A DNA stretch of 64,000 nt, from positions 151,002 to 215,001 of the forward strand of contig NIVC01001995.1 of assembly GCA_002269645.1 (NCBI GenBank), given 5' to 3'. The notes beneath the pieces were generated by a model that saw nothing but the letters and a program-made list of their open reading frames with translations, was not told where the DNA came from and made no database searches. The position numbers were made by a program, and so were the translations under genes. This document shows positions 25,041 to 36,100 of this stretch, in pieces. The first letter of the stretch is position 1; every line of letters begins with the position of its first letter. Source of the stretch: Macrostomum lignano (Eukaryota).

Positions 25041-25385
25041 ATTTCAAGAAGCCCAGTCAGAGAATAGTTTTCAAACCCCCCGACCTCAATCTTATTGTGG
25101 GTCTTTTCACAGTTACCGATTCCAGAACTAAAAATACCGTAAAAATATTCTGGCGCGCTTTCAAATACTTCATCTTTTACAATAACTCGTCAAGTCGTCT
25201 TTATAAACTTCTATTTCGAAAATTCTTCCAAATACATAGCTCTATAATATATTGGCCAAACAGGCTAATTGCCTGAGCCAAATTCTTACTACTACTATTT
25301 CAAGAAGCCCAGTCAGAGAATAGTTTTCAAACCCACCCGACCTCAATCTTATTGTGGGTCTTTTCACAGTTACCGATTCCAGAAC
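25041..25385. repeat. ~88-bp direct repeat, two copies ~257 bp apart
   Basis: TTTCAAGAAGCCCAGTCAGAGAATAGTTTTCAAACCC...CAGTTACCGATTCCAGAAC occurs twice. Confidence 0.85.
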
Positions 25386-25600
25386 CAAAATCGGTTTAGA
25401 TCTTCCAAAAAAGCAGTATAACAATTTTACTTTGTTGAATGTTTGACTGCCTTAACAGCCCTACTTTGCACAATTTTTCACTTTTTCCTTGGCTATTGAC
25501 TGTCATTCAATAATTAAAAGTTTATAGCATGCATGCATGTGATGTATAGGCCTACGATCCTATCCCTTTGGCTTTAGTTTAAGAGACATGAGGTTAGGCC

Positions 25601-25898
25601 CATACATGCGCAACAGTCGGCCGAGTCGGCCGATCTGGCCGACCGATTTGGCGGCCAACCAAGGAAGTCGCAAAAATGCCCACCCGAAAAAACACCCAAG
25701 TGGTAGTACTAAGTAGCTGACGAGACATTTTGGCTTAATAAGACAGTTATAGTTACTCCTGCCGTTTACCCAAAGTTGCGTTGATTTTGCTTTTGGGTTT
25801 TTTTACATGTAAGTCGCATTTTTGGCCAAAAAGTACGTCGCATTTTTGTTAAAACTAAGTCGCACGGCCGACCGAAATTTGGGGGTTGCGCATGTATG
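25601..25898. mobile_element. MITE family CATACATGCGCAAC, copy 3 (opposite orientation)
   Basis: Same TIR with the body reversed; 8-bp TSD GTTAGGCC. Confidence 0.9.
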
Positions 25899-26304
25899 GT
25901 TAGGCCTATACGTTAGAAAATATATATGGTTCTAGAACCAAAACAAGCAATGTATATGAAAAGGCCCCAGATTATGAATCTGAATAGAAAGGTTCAAAAT
26001 GAATTGAAATTGGGCAAAACTGCAAAATATATTGTTTGTTCTAGTTTTGGAACTGAGTAAAATCAGATCAAATTTGTCAAGTAAAACTCTTTTTTCATTC
26101 ATTTTTAGTAGCAATGCCACCTATCCATTTTTGCTAAGCAACTAACGTCTAAAGCCTATCACATTACATTATAATGGCCTATTCATGATTCTTAGACATA
26201 ATCAAGAGTTTAAGTAGGCCCCATAGCTTAGTCTATACACGTAGGCCTATAAAACCTATATATAATGTATAATAGTAGAGTAGGCCTAGGATTATATATT
26301 TCAA

Positions 26305-28198
26305 GGGAGCACGAGAAATGCCCGCAGACAAATTGCCCGCCGAGATTTGCCCACAGGAGATTTGCCCGTGGAGATTTGCCCGCCGAGCTTTTCCCGCGGA
26401 GATTTGCCCGCAGTGCATTTTGCCCGCAAGCGAATTGCCCGCCGAGTTTTTTTCCCGCCGAGGTTTGCCCGCAATGCTTTTTTCCTGCAGCGCATTTAGC
26501 GACGCGGCAGATTTTGTCTGCATTGCCTTCCCAATGCTTAATACGTGTTAATCTCAATAAAGAGATTTACACAATCAAAACGTTTTGATAGTAACTGCAT
26601 ATTAAATGCATATTTTTTTTGGGGGGGGGCAATACAGACAGAATCTAGCTGCCAAATGCGCTGCAGGAAAAAAGCATTGCGGGCAAACCTCGGCGGGAAA
26701 AAACTCGGCGGGCAACTCGCTCGCGGGCAAATTAAGGGCAACTCGCTCGTTCGCTGGTGGGCACTGCGGGCAAATCTCGGCGGGCAATTTTCGGCAGGCA
26801 AATCTCCACGGGCAATTCGCTCACGGGCAAAATGCACTGCGGGCAAATCTCCGCGGGAAAAGCTCGGCGGGCAAATCTCCACCCCTATTGGAATAAGTGG
26901 TATTTTCGCGGACGGCGTCCGGCGCACTTTTTCTTTTTCCTCATAGTCATGGCGCATGGCGCGCTACGCGCGCCATGCGCCATGACGCACAGCAGCTCAC
27001 AGGTAAGATGCAAGGAGGACATCACGCGCTACATACAGCGCTGCTGAACAAGGATGAGAAGCATGCACAGGAGAAAGTCAGCAGCACGGTGGAAATTCAG
27101 CAAACTGTAAGTAAAACTTGTTTTTCTAATTTCTATAACTTTGATAATATTGCTATGGGCTATAGTATAGCATATCTCCTATCATATGTATTGATTGCTG
27201 TGTCATCTAGAATATGCATGCAAGTTAATCGTAAAATTGGAAATTGTAGTTGAAAGATCGCAGCAGAAATGTTCTTTATTGCCTCATAAACATTATAACA
27301 TAGTGCCAAATGCTAATTGCTCTTAATGTTCTCTTATAACGCAGTTGCAAGAAATAAAAAAGTAAACTAAATTCTATTAAAAGTCTCAACAAATTTTCTG
27401 CTTTGTTTAATTATCTTTTTGATTGGTTGCGCGTACATTTATTTATGCTGACATTTAAATGTGAAAATATTCTTCGAAACACCATGCTAAATAGTTATCA
27501 GATTTGATAACCCGACCCGAGCCAAAGTGCTACAACTACTACTGAAAAAGTGTGTGGATAAGGCAAAGACAATTTTGTTTGTTCGTGAACTCTGTGTTGT
27601 TCATCACGGAGTTTCTTCATTTTGTATTAACCGATTAGCCAAATTGAAGTAAAGGGTTTCAGTGTTCGTAATTATTTTAAGTACTCACTGATGCAATTGC
27701 CACACTATTTACATTATTTATTTTTCTTTGAATAGACCAACAATGTAACTTTGTAAGTCAAAAGACGAGTAGACTAAGAATTAAGAAATAGATACAACTA
27801 CAACAGAAGGGGGCAGAAGTACAGTACAGAACAGAGTGCAGTAAAACACAAGTGCGGTAAAACACACAACTTTCTCTCAATCTCTTTAAATCTCTCAAAA
27901 ACGAGTGATGCATCATCAGAATGAACATGATAGAGACTGGAGTCATGCACAATATCACCTAAACCTAGAGTGCTATGGCACCCTAGGATTTGAAGATTTG
28001 AATGACACATCGTCCATACCACCTTAGGATTTGAAGATTGTCATGACGCACCGTCCAGGCCACTTTATGATTGCCATGGCGCACTAGATGCACTGTCCAC
28101 AGTGTCTGAAAACTTATTCCAATAGGGATCTCCACGGGCAAATCTCCTGCGGGCAAATCTCGGCGGGCAATTAGTCTGCGGGCAATTCTCATGGACCC
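26305..28198. mobile_element. MULE-type foldback MITE (~640 bp without its insert) inserted 2 bp inside the outer MULE terminus
   Basis: GGG...CCC ends; 9-bp TSD ATATTTCAA at 26296-26304 and 28199-28207. Arms are built of TTGCCCGC / GCGGGCAA motifs. Confidence 0.85.
26883..28127. mobile_element. Unclassified TIR element (1245 bp, 8-bp TSD) nested in the foldback MITE
   Basis: TIR CCCTATTGGAATAAGT / ACTTATTCCAATAGGG; TSD ATCTCCAC at 26875-26882 and 28128-28135. Confidence 0.85.
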
Positions 28199-28679
28199 AT
28201 ATTTCAATTCTTGGACACTTCATCATCTTACCACTTCGTCATCCACATTACTAATGTGGACACTTTATCATCTACTCCCTGGACACTTTGTCATCCACTT
28301 TTTGTATGAAAAACTTTGCTATATGTAACATGTATACTTGTTTATGCAACTACATGTATAAAGATAAAGATTAAACATTATACATGTATATATAGGCCTA
28401 TCTATATATAGTTGCCTTTCTCCTTATATATTCTGGGCTTGGGACCAGACAAAGGCAAAGTTACAACCCTCAAAGATAGTTGTTAAATACCATAATTTGT
28501 AGCTACAATAGGCACAAAGATCACAAAGTTCTCAAAGCACAAAGAGAATAGCATTAATATTTATATATTTAAATTACTGCAAAATTAATAGTACTAGGCC
28601 TAGCTAGTATTAAGCAAAAATTGCACAATTGCAAGTGTGATTTTTTCCTAACAGAATAATTCCATGGCTGATTTTAAAA

Positions 28680-29720
28680 ATCAAGCAAGAACTTATATAC
28701 ATTTAATATATGCTCATCAATGGCCTTGCACTTGATTGCCAAACCGAGGGATATGACCCAGGCAAAAGCAGCTAAGCAGGAAGCTGCAGATGGAAAGTTT
28801 GCCAGCTTGATATTTAGCCCAGTTGCACTCTGCAGACTCCTGTAGCTGCTGGTAATGCAACTTGCACTGGTGCTCTTAGGCTCCTTGCTCACACACCAGG
28901 CAGGCGTAAACTGGCACAAGCTTGGCTTCCTTGTGCAGCAACTTCATCAGCAGATATAGAATCAGCTGGGTATGCTCCGCCCGCTGCTTTAGTTGCCAGT
29001 GCCAGCCTTCGCACTTGTTGTTAGTTTGAATCAACTGGGCAAACATGCTTATCTCTTGGACACTATGCATAGAGCTGTCCAGCCAGGTGCTAGTGACATA
29101 CTCAACAAGGTCGAGTTGTTCTGGAGACTAAACACCAGCAATAACCTAGGCAAGCCCACTAGCCATGTGTTTGCCTGGCAGATAAGGCAAGGCCATCAGT
29201 AAGCGGCAGAATTCTTGCATGCCAGGGTCCTTGAGATAAGCTCGCTGGAGGCCCATGTGCTATACACAGCAAAAATTGCTTGGGAGTAATGGAATAGGCA
29301 GCCCTGCAATTTAGCATGAGGAAAAATGGAGCATAGTGACTGCCAGACAGCAGCTTCAAAATCAAGCATGTATGACTCAGGACCTGCCTGGCCTCAATTA
29401 TATTCTTAAGTAAATTAAAGATAAAATTATAATCATGCATAGACTCTTTGACATCAAAGCAAATGCAAGCAAGCAGAACATTCTTCAAAGTAGTGCCTTG
29501 GCAATTTGAGGTGGGGGTGGAGAAAGAAAATAAATTGGTTTGGAAATTGCGATTAGGGTTTCCTCGAAACCAGTTAGCGTTACATTTGTACAAATAAAGC
29601 TGTAAAATCGTGCAGACGAATCACAAGGAATTTCTTCTCCTTTTACTCTGACAGCTAGGTTCTCAAGTCTGGAGAGGGTAGTCGTAATTGTAGCAGAGCA
29701 GTTGTAGAGCAGCACGGTCA
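28680..29720 (-). pseudogene. MULE (Mutator) DDE transposase pseudogene
   Basis: MLDFEAAVWQSLCSIFPHAKLQGCLFHYSQA (DFE and CxxH motifs), LMALPYLP, YVTSTWL and QTNNKCEGWHWQL are present, with in-frame stops and frameshifts. Confidence 0.9.
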
Positions 29721-32023
29721 TTCAGATATAGAAACACCAGAGATTGCTGACACTGTAGATTAATGTGTCATTTGCTGAGCTGGTTACTTTTCAGTAGGGT
29801 AGTTGCTGCCACCACCATAATTTAGGTATTACGGAATGTAAAGGGTCTTAGAGCTTTCTTTGAGTTGAGACTTTGGTTATTTTTATGCCCCATGGGCAAA
29901 TGATTCAAGATATATATATATATTAATTCTAGGTGTGAGACCTGAGCTTGCCAACACCGGGGCCATGCAATGGCTATTGAGTAAAACTAACTGAAAATAT
30001 GCAGAAAATGATTAAAAACAACTAATGAAATACATTAGGCCAGAAATTAAGAAAACAAATTTCAATAAATGGTCCATACTTGGGGCCAACAAAGGGAAAG
30101 ATGAGGTTATTGAACTACAGTTGGCCGCACGGGTTGGCACTCACGCAAGAAAATATTGGCATGCATTTGAATAAAAATTGAAATAAATTTAATTAACTGT
30201 GGCAACCCTACTGCCACAAATTCAATTAAATTTACAATGAGCACTAGTATCTACACATACATACTCGTACATTAAAGTGTGCATATGCAAACTGTGTATA
30301 GATTGTGTACATTGGATGCCAATTATAGCGACAAATTGAATCTTTAAATGTGTATTTAATCCTGTATTTTACAGACTAAATTGAATGAATAACAATTTAT
30401 AACAATAACAATCAAAAAACAATTTATAGCTATGCTAAATCTTGAGATGATGAAGTGTCCTCAAAATTTGGTCACTTTGTTATCTAGATTTATTAACAAT
30501 TTTTTGATATGATGAAGCATCCAGAACCATCAAGATGACAAAGTGGTTAGATGATGAAGTGTCTAGAAACCATATATTTCTATATTTATAGCCTATTTAC
30601 ACAAAAATTCCTATAATATAGGCTTACAAACTGATATACATGATTCAAAATTAAGGATTAATATATATATATATAATAAGAAAAAATGTATATATACTTA
30701 TTACTTAGGCCTATAGTTATATATTACTTAGGCCTATAGTTATATAATGATTAGACTACATAATTTAGCAGATAGTAAGAGGGACTAGTTCTGTTCTCTT
30801 TGTTTCTTTGTGTAAGTACTTTTATATGGAATATATAGGGTATATGCCCTATAGTACAATTTGTCCTGTATAGGCCTACCCTATAATATACCCTACAATT
30901 TTGCAATATTACAACAAATTCAAACATAGCAACGTGACCCTTGCATGTCAAAAGTTAGGCGTGGCTGTGTGCATAGTTGGTATGCATTACTCCTAAGAAA
31001 ATAGTATATGTAGGCCCTACAAACCTGGTATGCACTTCATAGAATCATGAGGACAATTTAAGATTAAGTGGAAAACAGATTAGAAAGTTCATTTTTAATA
31101 TATTCTTAATAGATAATAGGTAACAACAAAAAAATCCTAGCTAAGATATGTTGAAAAAAGATTAAGACCTAGATTAGAAAGTTCATTTTAAAAATAAATT
31201 TCAAGCTTTCTATTTTTTAAAGCTTATAATAAGGCATTTTAACATTGTTTCTGCATGTTAATTTTCTGCTATAAATAGTATAAGCAAGAAAAAAATAATC
31301 AACCAAATTATTAGCCAATAGGGTCCTTTACATACTGTTGAAAAAAGAAAAGGTCATTTGTTGTCACAACACTAGCTTAGATTTGAAAGTGGGCATGCAC
31401 TCAAAAATTTTTGGTGTGCATTTGTAATTATTTAATTTTTGTTTGGGTGTGCACCTAGCATGATCTGGACTATAGGAGCCTTAAAGATGACTATTATAAT
31501 AGATGGCTTGCCACCAGTACCAACTAGGAAAAAGTTAAGGCAGTAGCTTAACTATTTGATAAGAATTGCCAAAGTCAAGTTGCCACAATTGTACATACTG
31601 GGCATCTTAGATGGGTCAGTGAATAGATAGTGGTTCAAAGTAAAAGTAAACAATGGCTATTTTTGCCATTGTAGGAGACCCTTGCCTTTGTTAGAGACCT
31701 GACATCCTGTTGCATCCACTGCTTAGACTAGTTCTTAATTCTGGAATCAAATGGTAGTCAGGTCAGTGAAATGCTAGAGAAAGCCCAGCTTTCTTGTTGC
31801 ATTGTCAAAAATCAGCCTTTAGGATAATGCAATCGTCTATGGTTAAACCATGAGCACATTTATTTATTTTTTCACTTAAACTTCAGGATAATGATTTCAA
31901 ACTCGGGATAATGGACACCTATTTTTAGAACAAAACAGCAAACACCAACAACAAAAGATTAGCGCTATGGAAAGTTAATTGTGCAGTATCAATATGGCGC
32001 AATTGTCATAGTGCCGAAGACCA

Positions 32024-32499
32024 TTACAGATTGCAATTGTTGAAAGTGCAGTTGTTCATAATAAAGATATTCCGACCGTTCATCTGACGACCATCAGACA
32101 CGCTCACTGCTTCTTGCACGATGGAACTTTGTATGCTGATATCAGCAGGCATTGTTACTTGACCGTGGGTCGCGGCGCTTTGTCCCATGTTCAACGCACG
32201 CGACACTGCATCGCTGCATTGTTGCAGGGACTTGTCCCGTTTAACTGCCAGGTAGCGCCGGACCGTGCTCTCGGACTTTTGACCCGTGATAGCCATGATC
32301 TCGCTCATCGAATGCCCAGCCGATTCCAGGTCTCAAGAAAGTGCAAGAAGTTCAAAAAATCTTCGTTATCCTTCATGTCCTTCTGAGATGTGGAAAGTCT
32401 TGAGATCCAATTGAGTTCGCTGCTAGATACGTTGGCTAAACTTTCGACAGGCAGATTGCCCCAGTTGATCGGATATGACGTCTGGTTCTCCATGGCCAA
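32024..32499 (-). pseudogene. Crypton-like tyrosine recombinase remnant (C-terminal catalytic segment plus a probable N-terminal fragment)
   Basis: LESAGHSMSEIMAITGQKSESTVRRYL matches the YR motif L..aG....I...TGH.s..s...Y, with His replaced by Gln. The tail NNCTFNNC resembles that of animal Crypton/DUF3504-type proteins, from memory. The upstream frame is broken. Confidence 0.6.
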
Positions 32500-32707
32500 G
32501 CGAATGTAGCTATTTACGTTTTATTCTCTCTTTCTCTCCACATCTCCTTCCTTTCCACCCTCTTAACCCCCAGCCTGTTTGCAACTTCGTTGTCTATGGC
32601 CCAAACTCCAGTAAACCACCTCAGTCTTTATGTCTCTCTCTCCTCGGTAACCCCTCTCTCCTTTCGATGCCCTTTTTGTCTATGGCCCCACTGAAATTCG
32701 ACAATGC

Positions 32708-32812
32708 GGTTATTCGTAAGTGAGACTTTAGGATAATAGTCCTATACTCACTCGTGCGCTGCGCGCACTCATGAGCCGGACTATTATCCTAAAGTCTCAC
32801 TTACGAATAACC
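32708..32812. repeat. Perfect 35-bp inverted repeat with a 35-bp spacer containing an inner hairpin
   Basis: GGTTATTCGTAAGTGAGACTTTAGGATAATAGTCC (32708-32742) and its exact reverse complement (32778-32812). The spacer contains GTGCGC-TGC-GCGCAC. Confidence 0.95.
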
Positions 32813-33179
32813 AACCATTATCTGATAGAACTCATGAGCAGACATATTCTATGTGGTTCTTATTAGTAAGAAAGTGAGACCCACCTGGCTGCGACATGCT
32901 TGAGCTAGAGGTCATAGACAAAGATGTCATGAATTGATAGTGGTCCTGGGGGTGGTCATTTCCTCAGACTCAGACAGCTTGCAGATGGTCAGTTTTCCTC
33001 ATATGTAGGCTTGTGTCTTTTTAAGCTAGCTAATATTGCTACTCGTTTCTAGCCAATGTATGATCTGCTATTGATAAGCATTGATACATAAATAAATACA
33101 ATTAAAATAAATATTCTTGCTCAATAGACAATTCTACTAGAAACTTCATACTATGAATCAATTTCAGCAATATTGAACA

Positions 33180-36100
33180 ATGGAATTTCTCGGAAAGATC
33201 TACAACACCGTTAGTCAGAATCTGCCTGGCAACCCCATCACAAGAGAATACGATATTCACAAGCAGACTGGCTCGGCTGGCCCCGGCCTGTTCTGGAAAG
33301 TCTTCCTGGCAACTAAAAAGTCCACAAAGCAGGTTGGTTTTGAATAATTCTTCTTTCTAAAAGTTACACACGTGCTCTTTAGTAAGCCGAGTTTGATCTA
33401 ACTTGCTCAACAGGAAGCCTCCGTGTGGATGTTTGACAAGAAGTCGCTGGAGCGGTTCAGCAAGCGGGATCGGGAGCTCCTACTGGAAACGGTCAAGCGT
33501 GGCGTCTCCAATTTGACCCGACTGCGGCATCCCAAGATTCTGTCAGTGCGTGTTGGGCGCTGAGGTTGCTAGGGAAACTAACTTACATTCCGTTTTATTT
33601 CGAACAATAATCATCTGAATTTCTAAAGTGACCTACCATCCTAACCACATGGAACCTTCATTTCATTTCAACGTTTCAATTGAATTCCCTCAAGCGGTAA
33701 TCATCACTCCCATTGAAATCCCTGAAGCGGCAATCATCACTCCCATTGAAATCCCTGAAGCGGCAACCATCACTCCCATTGAAATACCTGAAGCGGCGAT
33801 CATCACTCCCATTGAAATCCCTGAAGCGGCAATCATCACTCCCATTGAAATCCCTGAAGCGGCAATCATCACTCCCATTGAAATCCCTGAAGCGGCAATC
33901 ATCACTCCCATTGAAATCCCTGAAGCGGCAATCATCACTCCCATTGAAATCCCTGAAGCGGCAATCATCACTCCCATTGAAATCCCTGAAGCGGCAATCA
34001 TCACTCCCATTGAAATCCCTGAAGCGGCAATCATCACTCCCATTGAAATCCCTGAAGCGGCAATCATCACTCCCATTGAAATCCCTGAAGCGGCAATCAT
34101 CACTCCCATTGAAATCCCTGAAGCGGCAATTATCACGCTGCCCCTCTCCCCGAACCCACAGGTGGTCGCCTCACTGGAGGAGTCGCGGGAGAGCCTGGCG
34201 TTCGCCACCGAGCCGGCCATTGGCTCTCTGGCCAATCTGCTCGGTTGCCATGACAATCTGACTAGCGAAGCGGCGTCCAGCCTTGGCGGCTTCGAGCTAT
34301 TCGACGTAGAAATCAAATACGGCCTGCTGCAGCTGACCGAGGCGCTGGCGTTTCTGCACCAGTCCGGCAAGCAGCTACACGGCAACTTCTGCCCTGAGAG
34401 CATCGTGGTTAACCGGTGCGGCTCCTGGAAGCTGGCTGGCATGGACTTTTGCCAGTCCAACACGGGCAGCGAGCAGTGCCCGATGTTCGCCTGCCACACC
34501 TGGGTGGAGTCCCTGCCGCCGCAGGCCCAGCCTCGGTATGTTTTTTTTATTTGAAGCTTGATTTTTCCAATGGTCACAAGCGCGCATTTGATAGAATCGC
34601 GCCCAGGGTCACAAGCGCGCATTAGATAGAATCGCGCTCAGGGTCACAAGCGCGCATTAGATAGAATCGCGCTCAGGGTCACAAGCGCGCATTAGATAGA
34701 ATCGCGCTCAGGGTCACAAGCGCGCATTTGATAGAATCGCGCTCAGGGTCACAAGCGCGCATTAGATAGAATCGCGCTCAGGGTCACAAGCGCGCATTAG
34801 ATAGAATCGCGCTCAGGGTCACAAGCGCGCATTTGATAGAATCGCGCTCAGGGTCACAAGCGCGCATTTGATAGAATCGCGCTCAGGGTCACAAGCGCGC
34901 ATTAGATAGAATCGCGCTCAGGGTCACAAGCGCGCATTAGATAGAATCGCGCTCAGGGTCACAAGCGCGCATTAGATAGAATCGCGCTCAGGGTCACAAG
35001 CGCGCATTAGATAGAATCGCGCTCAGGGTCACAAGCGCGCATTAGATAGAATCGCGCTCAGGGTCACAAGCGCGCATTTGATAGAATCGCGCTCAGGGTC
35101 ACAAGCGCGCATTTGATAGAATCGCGCTCAGGGTCACAAGCGCGCATTAGATAGAATCGCGCTCAGGGTCGCAAGCGCGCACACAGCCTTTTGATCAAGG
35201 CAAGCTTAACATTCAGTCCCCTCCATTTATTCCCTGACCTGTTCAGCCTGAACTACCTGGCGCCTGAGGCGGCTCTCAGCCACGAGTGCACCTCGGCCGC
35301 GGACATTTTCTCCCTCGGCCTGCTGTTCTACACCATCTACAACAGGGGCCGGCCGCTCATCGAGTCAGTGGCGGACCTGTCCGGCTACAAGCGCAGCGTA
35401 GCCGCTCTGAAAGGCCTCCGGGTTAGCGCGCTGAGCTGCGTGCCCGAGACAGCGCGGGACGATGTTAAACTGGCGCTGAACTGCGACCCGACCGTCCGGC
35501 CGGACGCCAGCCAGTTCGGACGGATTGTGTTCTTCGAGGACTCCGGCGTCTCGGCGCTGCAGTTCATGGACAACTTGTTCCAGCTGGACAACCTGGCCAA
35601 GTCGCAGTTCTACAAGGGCCTGGCCCAGATCTCCGCTAACCTGCCTATGGTGGGTTTGGGCCGCTAGTTTGATTGGCTGGGGGTCATCAGAGTTGTTAGC
35701 GCATAAACTAACTGGCTAGCGGATGATGTTCATTGCATCAGGCCATTAATTATTATGGGAAATTCCATGATAATGTAGATAGGTCTCGCCCATGTTGTAC
35801 AGCGGCGTGACTTACCTTTTTCGATGTCCTTAGACTTCGAGATCTTAATCTTTTTTTACATTTTTTGTATCACGAACAGTATATCAAAGTGAGTATTGAT
35901 TTCTAGTTATTGCAGTAGGTATGTTGCCATTGGACTCTCGACAAGAGTCGACAACTCCGGCACGCTCAAGGTCTTCTCTGGGCTCTCTTGCCTCCTCTTT
36001 TTCCTCTCCTCTCATCTATTTCATATCTCATCTTATCTATCTTCTCATCTCCCGTCCTCTCTCCCTCCTCTATCAATATTGCATTTTAACAACCCGCAGA

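Larger units (their letters stand above)
26303..30571 (-). mobile_element. Mutator-like (MULE) element, outer member of a nested stack
   Basis: 9-bp TSD ATATATTTC at 26294-26302 and 30572-30580. Inverted arms (T)TCT(T/A)GACACTTCATCATCT.ACCACTT.GTCATC at 28208 onward and up to 30571. A transposase remnant lies inside. Confidence 0.75.

Noticed and set aside
33628-34161. N-terminal IPEAAIITPIE repeat domain on SCYL2 (308-aa ORF)
   Set aside because: This is intron 2. The conserved N-terminus is encoded at 33180-33545 and splices in phase to 34162.
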